52,586 bases of DNA from an uncultured Fidelibacterota bacterium (GTDB taxonomy: Bacteria; Fidelibacterota; Marinisomatia; Marinisomatales; UBA1611). A program made the translations under genes and the position numbers. Location of the stretch: assembly GCA_913040915.1 (NCBI GenBank), contig CAJWHW010000012.1:1-52586 (forward strand), read 5' to 3'. The notes beneath the pieces are model-generated. The model ran no database searches, was not told where the DNA came from, and saw only the letters and a list, made by a program, of their open reading frames with translations. Below, piece after piece: positions 9,379-19,601 of this stretch. How positions within the stretch are numbered: position 1 is the stretch's first letter; each line of letters opens with the position of its first letter.

Positions 9379-11007
9379 TCATAAAGCGATAAATGTAAGA
9401 GCTAAGTAAATAAACAATGTAGTGCACATGATAGCATAGGAAGTTATTTTTGCGTGGGGCCAGGGAGTCATGTCAACCGGTTCGAAATCTTGTTCATCAC
9501 TAATTTCAATTTCTACAGATGTTTTAGGTTTTAACCTTCCAATTAATAACATAATACCTACAGATACAATAAAGCTGATAAAATATCCATGGAGCCAATG
9601 CAAATCACCATCACCATTGGCAAAAATCTCAGGGACATTCTTTATATTCACAAATGTGAAAAATGCATAAAAAGCCATTCCAACAATCATCCCAATTTTT
9701 GCTGCTATTGCAGGTACATGTTTGGTCCCTATCCCTAAAATAAATATGCCTATAATAGGGACACTATACAAGCCATTCACCTTTTGAAGATATTCGAAGA
9801 TAGACTGCATTTGTGCAAGCATTGGAGAAATCAAAATAGATGTTATAGCCAAACCAATACTGAACTTTTTACCAATCAAAACAATCTCTTTTTCGCTAGC
9901 TTCTAGGTTCATGTACCCTTTGTAAAATTGGAGAGAAAACAAGGTGGAAGCACTATTCAAGGTACTGTTGAATGAACTCAGGATTGAACCCATCAAAACA
10001 GCAGCAAATAGTCCGAGCGACCAGTCTGGGAGCACATGACGGACAATTGCGCCATAAACCTGATCTTGCTTCTCAATATCCAAATTTTTCATGTGAAGAG
10101 CAATGATGCCAGGTAGACACAACATGAGTGGCCCCACTAATTTCATAGCAGATGCAAATAAAACACCTTTCTGCCCTTCAGCTAAAGTTTTGGCAGCCAT
10201 AGCTCGTTGAACAATCACCTGGTTTGTTGACCAGTAAAATATCTGAATAAACATCATTCCGGTTAGCAAGGTTGGCCATGGGACAGAAACAACCTTATTA
10301 TCTACATTGGTTTGAATTATAACAGCCAGATAATCCGAGTTTGTTTTAAATAAAGTTGAAACACCCGAAATAAAAGACCCATCTCCCAATGCAATTAATG
10401 CCAAAATTGGAATAGTTAATCCGCCAATCAAAAGACCGATACCATTTAATGTATCAGATACTGCCACAGATTTCAAACCTCCAAATATTGCGTATGAGCT
10501 CCCTAATGTACCAATGGTTGCCACTACAATCCATAGAGGGAAATTCAAATCAAACATTCCAATTAGTGCTAAAGATCCAGTATAAAGAACAACGGGAAGT
10601 AGGACAGTAACATAGCCAAATAAAAATAGTCCCGATACCAAGGTTCGAGTGGTTTTATCAAAACGTTTTTCTAAAAATGCAGGAGTAGTTGTGAACCCGC
10701 TGCCAAGATATTTAGGAAGAAAAATTAAGGCAGTAGCAATCATAGCAAATGCTGCCAAAGCTTCCCAAGCGATACCAACTAAAGCTTTGTCACCAAAAAC
10801 AGCACCATTAAGTCCAACCAGTTGTTCTGTCGATAAATTTGTTAGTAATAATGATCCTGCTACTACAGGCCAACCCAGCGCACGACCACCCGTAAAATAT
10901 TCTTCTGCGGGACTATGGGATTTTTTCATCCCACTTACTATGATATAAGTGAAAATGGCCACGGCACCTGTGGCCAAAATGAAAGAAACAATTGAAATAG
11001 TATTCAT
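9379..11007 (-). CDS. Sodium:solute symporter (SSS family, YidK-like)
   Basis: YFTGGR, SLLLTNLSTEQLVGLNG, YAIFGGLKSVAVSD, FYWSTNQVIVQR, ILSSFNS.LNS; many TM segments. Confidence 0.92.
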   Translation of the reverse strand: MNTISIVSFILATGAVAIFTYIIVSGMKKSHSPAEEYFTGGRALGWPVVAGSLLLTNLSTEQLVGLNGAVFGDKALVGIAWEALAAFAMIATALIFLPKYLGSGFTTTPAFLEKRFDKTTRTLVSGLFLFGYVTVLLPVVLYTGSLALIGMFDLNFPLWIVVATIGTLGSSYAIFGGLKSVAVSDTLNGIGLLIGGLTIPILALIALGDGSFISGVSTLFKTNSDYLAVIIQTNVDNKVVSVPWPTLLTGMMFIQIFYWSTNQVIVQRAMAAKTLAEGQKGVLFASAMKLVGPLMLCLPGIIALHMKNLDIEKQDQVYGAIVRHVLPDWSLGLFAAVLMGSILSSFNSTLNSASTLFSLQFYKGYMNLEASEKEIVLIGKKFSIGLAITSILISPMLAQMQSIFEYLQKVNGLYSVPIIGIFILGIGTKHVPAIAAKIGMIVGMAFYAFFTFVNIKNVPEIFANGDGDLHWLHGYFISFIVSVGIMLLIGRLKPKTSVEIEISDEQDFEPVDMTPWPHAKITSYAIMCTTLFIYLALTFIAL

Positions 11008-11063
11008 TTTTTATTTTTTACTTTCTGGAAAGTTTAGATAAAGCGACTTCTAGTCCAATGATA

Positions 11064-12356
11064 TTACTTATTAGTCAATAGTAAAGCATTTTCCAATGTT
11101 TCCACAAGAAAAAGTGCATTATCTCGTGTAAAGACCATAGGTGGTTTTATTTTTAAAACATTGTGGTATGGACCGTCTGCACTTATTAAGACCCCCATTT
11201 CCTTCATAGCATTAACAATCTGGTGTGCTTCCTTATCAGCCGGCTCTAATGATCTATGGCTCCGTACCAATTCAATACCTAAAAATAAGCCATGCCCCCT
11301 CACATCGCCGATGATATCATAGTCTATTTTTAGCTTTTCAAGTAAATTTTTAAGATAATGTCCTACATCCAGAGCATTTTTTTGTAAGTGTTCTTTTTCT
11401 ATCACATCCAATACTGCATGCCCCACTGCACAGGAGACAGGATTTCCGCCAAATGAATTAAAATATTCCATCCCTGTATTGAATTTGTCTACAATTTCTT
11501 TAGTGGTAACAACCGCAGATAATGGATGTCCATTACCCATTGATTTCCCCATGGTCACGATATCTGGGATGACATCTTGTGTTTCAAATCCCCAGAAATG
11601 TGTTCCCATCCTCCCAAACCCAATTTGAACTTCATCAGTAATACAGATCCCACCAGCTTCTCTTACTATTTGGAATGCATCCTTTAAAAATCCATCCGGC
11701 AGAACTACCTGACCACCGCAACCCATTAGGGATTCTACTATAAATGCGGAGACAACTTTATTGGAAGAGTGTATTTCATCTATTATCATCATCACTTCAT
11801 TGATATATTTCTGTCCAGAATCCTTTCCTCGATATTTCCCTCTAAATTTATCTGGCATTGTTACAGTATGGACATATTCCGGTGCTCCAGAACCACCGGG
11901 GCCATTGTGCTTGTAGGGACTGATTTCAATCATCGATGATAAATTACCGTGATAGGCCCCATCTAAAACAATTGTCTCTTTAGAATCTGAAATAGTTCGA
12001 GCAATTCGCAATGCTAGGTCGTTAGACTCACTTCCAGAATTTGTAAAAAAACATACATCTAGTTTTTTTGGAAGTTTTTTTGAGAGTGCTGCTGCATAAT
12101 GGACAATTGTTTCATCCAGATATCTTGTATTGGTGTTGAGCTTTTCAAATTGATTCTGAGCCGCCTTAATTACAGTTGGATGGCAATGCCCTACATGCTG
12201 AATATTATTTACAGCATCTAAATATTGTCTTCCTTTTTCATCATACAGGTATTGACCATCCCCTTTAACAATATGGAGTGGTGAGCTATAAGATAGTCTT
12301 AATGAAGGCGGTAAATATTTTTTACGTAGAATTTCAATGGAATTCTTATCTACCAT
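11064..12356 (-). CDS. Class III PLP enzyme, ETNPPL/PHYKPL (amino-alcohol phosphate phospho-lyase)-like
   Basis: [80 protein letters not shown]. Confidence 0.85.
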   Translation of the reverse strand: MVDKNSIEILRKKYLPPSLRLSYSSPLHIVKGDGQYLYDEKGRQYLDAVNNIQHVGHCHPTVIKAAQNQFEKLNTNTRYLDETIVHYAAALSKKLPKKLDVCFFTNSGSESNDLALRIARTISDSKETIVLDGAYHGNLSSMIEISPYKHNGPGGSGAPEYVHTVTMPDKFRGKYRGKDSGQKYINEVMMIIDEIHSSNKVVSAFIVESLMGCGGQVVLPDGFLKDAFQIVREAGGICITDEVQIGFGRMGTHFWGFETQDVIPDIVTMGKSMGNGHPLSAVVTTKEIVDKFNTGMEYFNSFGGNPVSCAVGHAVLDVIEKEHLQKNALDVGHYLKNLLEKLKIDYDIIGDVRGHGLFLGIELVRSHRSLEPADKEAHQIVNAMKEMGVLISADGPYHNVLKIKPPMVFTRDNALFLVETLENALLLTNK

Positions 12357-12357
12357 A

Positions 12358-13359
12358 TTATTTTACAATGCTGATAAATTTAATGGATAATGCATCCAAA
12401 TCTTCTTTTTCCAATTTTCGCAAAAGATCCCATGCGGCTTTTTGAGATATAGATAAATACTGATTATCTGGAAATAACTTACATCGCCAAGCAGACATTG
12501 TTACTGAAATACATAGCCTGATACAGGATAGCCAAATAGCAGATTTTATTTCTGAATCATTCAGATGAAACACAGAATGATATCCTTTTAGTATCTGTGC
12601 CATGGTAGAAAATGGATTATCTTTTTCCAATCCTACATAGGCCATACATATGGCAGGTTCAGAAACCTGATAAGAATAAACCATATCTCCGAAATCAATG
12701 ATGCCTGTAGTCTCTCCTTTTCCATTCACCAATACATTATGATCATTACCATCATTATGAATCACTGCCATTCTTAAATCACTTATCAAGGGAATTACAT
12801 TTTTCTCATACTCATTTAAAAAATAAATGATAGTTGCCTTTTCAGACTCTGAGTTTAAATAATCAGACCTGGTTTTAATCAGGTCGATATTCCTAACGTC
12901 CCACTCAAAAATCCTGTCTGCTTTTAAATGAGAAAATCCATGCAATGCTAAGCTTAATCGTCCAAGAAAAGTACCCAACTGCTCATGAGATTTATCATCC
13001 AGTTTTTTATCTTTTAAGAATTTGTCCTTTAAATACTCCATTTTACGACAAAAATAAGAAATACCATCTTTTTCAATGGTGTGGATTTTCCCAATTTGTA
13101 AAGGTATGCCTAATTCTGGATCATTACGAGAGATAAACTTTGTTGCTACATCCTGCATCTCTATAATAGAACGCTTTTCTGCACAATTTGAAATTTTTAA
13201 TATGAATGGTTTATCTGATATTGGCCGAATCAAAAAATTTTGATCTCGATCGCTATAGAGCTGTTCTGCATCACTCGATAACCCAAAATGATTTAAAATA
13301 AATTCTGAAATCTCTTTTTCGGAAAAATCTGGCGGTGGTGTAGAAAATACTGAAGACAT
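12358..13359 (-). CDS. APH-fold phosphotransferase, hydroxylysine-kinase-like
   Basis: SDRDQNF, VIHNDGNDHNVLV, GIIDFGD; translationally adjacent to the phospho-lyase-like gene. Confidence 0.85.
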   Translation of the reverse strand: MSSVFSTPPPDFSEKEISEFILNHFGLSSDAEQLYSDRDQNFLIRPISDKPFILKISNCAEKRSIIEMQDVATKFISRNDPELGIPLQIGKIHTIEKDGISYFCRKMEYLKDKFLKDKKLDDKSHEQLGTFLGRLSLALHGFSHLKADRIFEWDVRNIDLIKTRSDYLNSESEKATIIYFLNEYEKNVIPLISDLRMAVIHNDGNDHNVLVNGKGETTGIIDFGDMVYSYQVSEPAICMAYVGLEKDNPFSTMAQILKGYHSVFHLNDSEIKSAIWLSCIRLCISVTMSAWRCKLFPDNQYLSISQKAAWDLLRKLEKEDLDALSIKFISIVK

Positions 13360-13437
13360 AAGTTAAAAAATTACATCGACCTGCTTATTGCTTCCACCTG
13401 AAAGTTATGAAATAATCCATAAATTGATAAATATTCC

Positions 13438-13467
13438 TGTAACACTCTGAAACAGTTAAAATTATTT
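13438..13467 (+). promoter_or_regulatory. Candidate activator-binding site upstream of the pilus machinery operon
   Basis: TGTAACActcTGAAACAgttAAAATTATTT; the same extended motif recurs at 26097 and 27102. Confidence 0.6.
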
Positions 13468-13570
13468 CTGTGTAAATAAATGTGACACTATAGATATTTT
13501 TTGTTAAGTTTAGATAATTCGAGGTAAGGGAATAGCATATCAACCTTTGACTTTTCCCAGATCTATTACT

Positions 13571-13954
13571 ATGTCAGAGAATAAGCAAAAATCTGTACTC
13601 ATCATTGAGAGTGATGAAATTATCCTGGAAAATTTGTCAAAACGTTTCAAAAAACAAGGCATGCTTGTAATCAGTGCTAAAGATGGTTATGACGGTTATA
13701 CACGTGCATGTAATGAATCTCCTGATTTTATTGTATCCGAAACTCTTTTGCCGAGCATGAATGGTTTTCGTATTTCTCGGTTATTGAAATTTGATGAACG
13801 ATTTAAAGACATTTTCATCATCCTTATTACCAGAAATGATGTAGGGGCTGCTCAGAATATGTTTGAAGCCAGTGGTGCAAACGAAATTTTGGCTAAACCT
13901 TTCCGATTTAAAGATTTAATCGAATTAATGATCCCAGTAGAGATAACTGAATGA
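13571..13954 (+). CDS. Single-domain response regulator receiver protein, atypical (Glu at the phosphoacceptor position)
   Basis: VLIIESD...PDFIVSETLLPSMNG...IILITR...GANEILAKPF; ATG 13571 preferred over TTG 13547. Confidence 0.85.
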   Translation: MSENKQKSVLIIESDEIILENLSKRFKKQGMLVISAKDGYDGYTRACNESPDFIVSETLLPSMNGFRISRLLKFDERFKDIFIILITRNDVGAAQNMFEASGANEILAKPFRFKDLIELMIPVEITE

Positions 13955-14751
13955 TCGATGTCCCACAAAACATACTTATTTTACTATTGATCATTATTGG
14001 TGCTTCTTTTGGCAGTTTTCTTAATGTGGTTATTTTGCGTGTGCCAAAAAAGATGAGTCTAATCAAGCCAAGCTCTCGCTGTACATCATGTGATCAAGCC
14101 ATCAAGCCCTACGACAACATTCCTATATTGAGTTACTTTTTATTGAGTGGGAAATGCCGTCATTGCGAAAATTCATTTTCGATTCAATACCCGCTAGTTG
14201 AATGTTTAACTGCAATTATCACAGTGGCTCTTTATATAATTTATGGCTTAGCAGAAAAATATTTAATGTACCTCATACTCTCCTATATCCTCATTGCAAT
14301 CACTTTTATTGATATAGAACATTTTATTATTCCAAATGGATTTATTTTATTTGGCCTTGCTATTTTAGCCATTGGGTTATTTATGAATTGGCTGCCTATA
14401 GATTGGATAGAAAGTGTTTCTGGTGCTTTTGTTTTTGGAGGATTTTTATTTGCTATAGGATTGATAGGTCAATTTATTTTAAAGAAAGAAAGTATTGGTT
14501 TTGGTGATGTGAAGCTTGGACTGGTCCTTGGCGGATTTCTTGGTGTTGAATATTCTGTATTGGCCTTATATCTTAGTTTTGCAATTTCAGCTATTATAGT
14601 ATTTCTTATGCTTGGTTCAAAAATGATTTCTAAAAGTCAAAAAATTCCTTTTGGCCCCTATTTAGCTGGTGGATCATTACTAACTCTAATAACAACTGAT
14701 CCTTTAGGTGGAAACGCTATTTTGAATTGGTATTACATTACAATGTTTTAA
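13951..14751 (+). CDS. pilD: Prepilin peptidase / N-methyltransferase
   Basis: GSFLNVVI.R.P, two CxxC pairs (SRCTSC, GKCRHC), FID.EH.IIP, GFGDVKL, IPFGPYL. Confidence 0.95.
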   Translation: MIDVPQNILILLLIIIGASFGSFLNVVILRVPKKMSLIKPSSRCTSCDQAIKPYDNIPILSYFLLSGKCRHCENSFSIQYPLVECLTAIITVALYIIYGLAEKYLMYLILSYILIAITFIDIEHFIIPNGFILFGLAILAIGLFMNWLPIDWIESVSGAFVFGGFLFAIGLIGQFILKKESIGFGDVKLGLVLGGFLGVEYSVLALYLSFAISAIIVFLMLGSKMISKSQKIPFGPYLAGGSLLTLITTDPLGGNAILNWYYITMF

Positions 14752-14752
14752 T

Positions 14753-16420
14753 ATGGCAGTCACTGGAAAACATTCATTGGGGCAGTTACTCATCCAAGCT
14801 GGTAAAATTGATGAGGATCAATTGCAAAAAGCTTTAAGTATCCAAAAAGAGAAAGATGTTTACATTGGTGTTATTTTCCGAGAATTGGGATATTTAGATG
14901 AGAGGGAATTAAATCGTTATATCAGTCAACAATTGAGGATCCCCTATTTACATTTAGGACATTATGATGTGGATAAATCCGTTATGGATCTTATTCCAGA
15001 ACGAACTATCCGCACTCAAAAAATGCTGCCCTTATTTCGGTTGAATAATACCTTGAATCTAGCCATCACAGATCCTTTGGATGCAGCTCCTATTAATGCA
15101 GCTAGAGATGTAACCGGAATGAAAATTGAACCGATCATCGTAACAGAATCTGAAATAGATAATGCCATTGATCTTTATTATGGCATATCTGGATTTGTAG
15201 ATGTTAGTTCATCCGATGAAGAAGTGACAGATATTTCTGATCTGTTTGATGAAACCAGGATTGTCGAATTGGTAGACAGTATCATAACACAAAGTCAGCG
15301 CTATCGTTGTTCAGATATCCATATTGAACCGAGGGAAAATGACATTCGTGTTCGCTTTAGAATTGACGGAAGACTGCAGGATTTTCAAGCATTGCCAAAA
15401 GATATACACACGGCTCTTATCTCACGGTTAAAGATTATGTCCAATATGGATATCGCTGAAACACGGCGACCTCAAGATGGCCGAATTCTATTCAATTCAT
15501 CCCAAGGGAGACTCGATCTTCGTATTTCAACTTACCCTACTCTCTATGGTGAAAAATCAGTTTTGCGTTTATTAAATATTTCTGAAGCACTCCATTCACT
15601 CCAAGACCTCGGATTTGAACCAGCGACTGATAAAAAATTTAACAGTATGCTTGTAGGAGGTGAGGGTATTATTCTGGTTTCTGGTCCAACCGGTAGTGGT
15701 AAAACTACAACTCTTTATTCTACATTGAATAAATTAGAGAAACCAGATGTTAATATTGTTACGGTTGAAGACCCCATAGAGTATGACTTGGGGAATATTA
15801 ACCAGGCACAAGTGAATACAAAATCTGGTGTTACCTTTGCATCTGCTCTGAGGTCCATTCTCCGTCAGGATCCAGACATTATTATGGTAGGGGAGATTCG
15901 CGATGAAGAGACAGTGGAGCTTGCGATTCGAGCTGCACTTACGGGCCATTTAGTCTTTAGCACAATTCATACAAATGATGCAGCTTCTGGTTTTACACGA
16001 TTATTGAATTGGGGCGTAGAACCATTTTTGATTGCTTCTACTGTTAAAGGAATATTAGCTCAACGACTGGTTCGAAGAATTTGTAAAGAATGCAGGGAAC
16101 CCTATAATCCAACTCCAACTGAGCTAAAGTTAACGGGATTAGATCCTGATAAACCATTAGAAGCCTATAAAGGGAAGGGATGTTTAGCCTGTCGTAACAC
16201 AGGTTATAAAGGAAGGATTGGAATTTATGAACTACTCCTCATGGACGGAGATATTTCTGATCTAGTCCTGCAGGAAGCACCAGGATACCAAATTCAGGAA
16301 TTAGCACGTAAAAACGGGATGGTTACTTTGTTAAATGATGGTGTGGTTAAAATTGAAAGAGGTGACACTACTTTATCTGAAGTTTATGAGACCTTAGGCA
16401 CTACACGGATTGCGATATGA
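14753..16420 (+). CDS. pilB: Type IV pilus assembly ATPase PilB/GspE/MshE family
   Basis: SDIHIEP, RPQDGRI, Walker A GPTGSGKTT, TVEDPIEY, LRQDPDIIMVGEIRD, AALTGHLV, tetracysteine motif; MshEN-like N-terminus. Confidence 0.95.
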   Translation: MAVTGKHSLGQLLIQAGKIDEDQLQKALSIQKEKDVYIGVIFRELGYLDERELNRYISQQLRIPYLHLGHYDVDKSVMDLIPERTIRTQKMLPLFRLNNTLNLAITDPLDAAPINAARDVTGMKIEPIIVTESEIDNAIDLYYGISGFVDVSSSDEEVTDISDLFDETRIVELVDSIITQSQRYRCSDIHIEPRENDIRVRFRIDGRLQDFQALPKDIHTALISRLKIMSNMDIAETRRPQDGRILFNSSQGRLDLRISTYPTLYGEKSVLRLLNISEALHSLQDLGFEPATDKKFNSMLVGGEGIILVSGPTGSGKTTTLYSTLNKLEKPDVNIVTVEDPIEYDLGNINQAQVNTKSGVTFASALRSILRQDPDIIMVGEIRDEETVELAIRAALTGHLVFSTIHTNDAASGFTRLLNWGVEPFLIASTVKGILAQRLVRRICKECREPYNPTPTELKLTGLDPDKPLEAYKGKGCLACRNTGYKGRIGIYELLLMDGDISDLVLQEAPGYQIQELARKNGMVTLLNDGVVKIERGDTTLSEVYETLGTTRIAI

Positions 16421-17850
16421 TAAAAATTTTATATGTTGGCGGTGAGAAGGTTAATATACCACAGTTAGCTGGCACCCAATCAAATGTGGACTATGTCCAA
16501 AATGGTATGATTGCTCTGAGCGCTGTACAAACACAAGGTTTTGATTGCATTATTATAGAAGATCAATTACCCTTAATGACTCCTGTTCAGTTAATCAAAG
16601 AGCTAATTTCAATTGATTCTACGGTCCCAGTTATAGCTACAATTCGTAGTAAAGAAACAGGTTTAAACTTGCTAGAATATTTTGGAGCAGGACTTTTTGG
16701 ATGTATAGAGCCAGATAAGGATAGTAATGAAGAAATACAAAACCTTATCAAATTAGCAAAAGGGTTTCACGATTTTCTCAGAAATGTTCCAAAAATATCA
16801 ATGCGCCATTTTTCATCAATAGGTTTTGAGAATATCGTTGGCGTGTCAAAGCCTATGCTCAAACTATATCACTTATTGAACCAAATTAAGAATAAAAATG
16901 TTACTACGGTTTTATATGGAGAGAGTGGTACAGGTAAAAATTTAGTTGCAAAGACTATTCACCAAATTAGCCCCAGAAGAGATCGGCCTAATATTGCGGT
17001 TAATTGTCCAGCTATACCATCTGAACTTTTAGAAAGTGAACTCTTTGGGCATGAAAAAGGCGCATTTACGGGTGCAATTGAAAGGAAAGATGGGAAATTT
17101 TTAGTTGCGAATTCTGGTACCATTTTTCTTGATGAAATTGGAGATATGAGTCCATCACTTCAAGCAAAAATTCTGAGGGTGTTAGAAAGTGGTGAAATTG
17201 AAAGAGTAGGTGGGGCAGAAACAATTAAGATTGATGTAAGAATAATTTCTGCTACAAACCAAAACCTTGAGCAAAGAATTAAAGATGGAAAGTTTCGGCA
17301 AGATTTATTTCATAGAATAAATGTATTTCCAATGAGAATTCCACCACTTAGAGATCGTAGAGAAGATATTCCTGCAACAGCAATGGCAATTTTAAAAAAT
17401 TTGAAGAAAAAACATAAATTATTAGCAGGTTGTTTTTCACATGATGGAATGAAATCCCTTATGTCACACGATTGGCCTGGTAATGTGCGGGAGCTAGAAA
17501 ATACATTGGAGCGAATAGTCTTAATTAACGATATACCAATTCTCACAGAAAATGAGATAAAACCTATTCTTGATGAATCGAAACAGTCGATGGAAGATCA
17601 AGGTTTGATTCAACCATCAACAAGTGCACCACAAACAACAACATCAGATTCAGTCCCCTTTGAGCAGCCTCAGGGTATTGCTATTGATACTTCTGATATT
17701 AAAACACTAAAAGAACTAGAATATGAAGCAATCTTGGCAGGTTTATCACGCACAAGTTGGAATATGACCCTTACCGCACGACAATTAGGTATTAGCAGAA
17801 TGACTCTTTACCGGAAATTGGATCAACATGGCCTCCGAAAAAAAGACTAA
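16417..17850 (+). CDS. Sigma-54-dependent enhancer-binding protein (degenerate REC + AAA+ + Fis HTH), PilR-like
   Basis: GESGTGK, ESELFGHEKGAFTGA, FLDEIGDM, WPGNVRELEN, TARQLGISRMTLYRKL. Confidence 0.93.
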   Translation: MIKILYVGGEKVNIPQLAGTQSNVDYVQNGMIALSAVQTQGFDCIIIEDQLPLMTPVQLIKELISIDSTVPVIATIRSKETGLNLLEYFGAGLFGCIEPDKDSNEEIQNLIKLAKGFHDFLRNVPKISMRHFSSIGFENIVGVSKPMLKLYHLLNQIKNKNVTTVLYGESGTGKNLVAKTIHQISPRRDRPNIAVNCPAIPSELLESELFGHEKGAFTGAIERKDGKFLVANSGTIFLDEIGDMSPSLQAKILRVLESGEIERVGGAETIKIDVRIISATNQNLEQRIKDGKFRQDLFHRINVFPMRIPPLRDRREDIPATAMAILKNLKKKHKLLAGCFSHDGMKSLMSHDWPGNVRELENTLERIVLINDIPILTENEIKPILDESKQSMEDQGLIQPSTSAPQTTTSDSVPFEQPQGIAIDTSDIKTLKELEYEAILAGLSRTSWNMTLTARQLGISRMTLYRKLDQHGLRKKD

Positions 17851-19075
17851 AAAGCCATCAATCTTTTCCTACATTGCCACGAACGCAGACAGCGGTGTGG
17901 TCCGAGGGGAGTTGAGAGCATTGGGCGAAGATGGCGCTCTTATGCAACTAGAGCGAATGGGGCTAGACCCTGTTTCTGTATCGGAGAAAAAAGAATCCAT
18001 TTTAAACATGGATATCACTTTTTTTGAAAAAGTTCCTCCTACAGATATATATAATTTTACTCGGCAGTTATCTGTAATGCTAAAAGCCGGTGTCCCATTG
18101 GTAGATGCATTGGATTCAGTTCATTCTGATCAAACCAACCCCTTGTTAAATAAAACGATCGATTCGGTTATAGCAGATGTCTCAGGTGGAATGGCGCTTT
18201 CCAAGGCCATGGATAAACATCCAAAAGTGTTTAATAATATGTTTGTAAATATTGTAAAAGCTGGGGAGAGTGCAGGTGTTTTAGATAAGGTATTGTTCCA
18301 ATTAGCAGATTTTATTGCCCATGATCTAAAACTAAAAATGGGTATCAAACAGGCCATCCGCTATCCATCTATTGTGATCGGTATCACAATGGCAGTGGGT
18401 GTATTCGCTGTTACTTATATTTTACCCCGATTCTCCACCTTGTTCAGCAATACCCGAATTGAACTGCCTTTGCCAACCAGAATCCTTTTGGCTATAGACC
18501 AATTCATGCAGGACAACTGGGCTGGCATACTCTTCTTTATTGCATTTTTTATTTTTGTCTTCTGGCGGGCATTAAAAACAAAGCAGGGATTATTTCAGTG
18601 GCACAAATTTGTTTTAAGCCTACCTATTTTTGGTCCGCTTGCCCAAAAGATGGCTATCTCCCGTTTTTGCCATGTATTGGATACTCTGGATCGAACAGGT
18701 GTTCCAATTCTAGAAGCATTAGATATTGCAGGTAGAACAGCGGGTAATGTATTCATAGAAGATCGTTTATCCCGTGTGCATTCAGATGTAGAAATGGGTA
18801 AAAAAGTAGCACTTTCTATCCAGCGCCATACCCATGATATATTTCCACCTCATGTCTTGAAAATGATTCAGGTTGGCGAAGATGCAGGTGCCATGGATGA
18901 TATGTTAAAAGAGATCGGTGATATGACCGATGCGGAAGTCCAAGATCGGGTTTTAAAATTGACAGCAACGCTGGAGCCACTTATAACAGTGGTCATGGGT
19001 GTGATGATTTTAACCTTAGCTTTGGCAATCTTTTTACCTATCTGGGATATGTACGAAGCACTATCCACTAGTTAA
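17828..19075 (+). CDS. pilC: Type IV pilus inner-membrane platform protein PilC/GspF
   Basis: FTRQLSVMLKAGVPL, AGESAGVLD, A.RYP, VGEDAG.MD.ML, LEPLITVVMG...AIFLPI. Confidence 0.95.
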   Translation: MASEKKTKKPSIFSYIATNADSGVVRGELRALGEDGALMQLERMGLDPVSVSEKKESILNMDITFFEKVPPTDIYNFTRQLSVMLKAGVPLVDALDSVHSDQTNPLLNKTIDSVIADVSGGMALSKAMDKHPKVFNNMFVNIVKAGESAGVLDKVLFQLADFIAHDLKLKMGIKQAIRYPSIVIGITMAVGVFAVTYILPRFSTLFSNTRIELPLPTRILLAIDQFMQDNWAGILFFIAFFIFVFWRALKTKQGLFQWHKFVLSLPIFGPLAQKMAISRFCHVLDTLDRTGVPILEALDIAGRTAGNVFIEDRLSRVHSDVEMGKKVALSIQRHTHDIFPPHVLKMIQVGEDAGAMDDMLKEIGDMTDAEVQDRVLKLTATLEPLITVVMGVMILTLALAIFLPIWDMYEALSTS

Positions 19076-19082
19076 TAATTAT

Positions 19083-19601
19083 TTATTGCAGAATTTTTAA
19101 TTCCTTTTCTTCCTGCCATTGATCTACACTTTCCTTTATTCCAAAGAATAAAGCTATAAGAAAAACAGCCTGAAATATCAGTTCATTAATCTGTAATACT
19201 GTTCCAGCCCAGTATTGACCTCGACAGAATAATATTCCCAAATATGGTGGGATAATTCCAAGGAAAAAGTGGTACCCTACCAAACCGAGCGCAGGCGATT
19301 TTTGTCTGGATATCAAAAAAATGGAAAAAGGTAACCAGAAATAACCACCAAAGGGTACACCAAAACCTCGTGGTGAACTATATCCATCAGACTGAATATT
19401 AATCCGTCTATTCTCTATGGTTAATTTTTTCTGGTTCTCTTCTTGAAGTGCCAGAAAATAGGGTGCAATTATTTGTTGGTTAAAGTGGGCTCGTACTGGC
19501 CTAATCAGTAATATATATAATAGGGGTATTAGGCTCAGGCAAAGGAGAGCACGGAATCGGAATGATTCGAGCCTTCGCTTAATAAGGTCCATCTGTACCA
19601 A
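19083..19601 (-). CDS. Hypothetical multi-TM membrane protein downstream of the exosortase
   Basis: 172-aa ORF with ~4 hydrophobic segments, overlapping the exosortase 3' end; start uncertain. Confidence 0.6.
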   Translation of the reverse strand: MVQMDLIKRRLESFRFRALLCLSLIPLLYILLIRPVRAHFNQQIIAPYFLALQEENQKKLTIENRRINIQSDGYSSPRGFGVPFGGYFWLPFSIFLISRQKSPALGLVGYHFFLGIIPPYLGILFCRGQYWAGTVLQINELIFQAVFLIALFFGIKESVDQWQEEKELKILQ

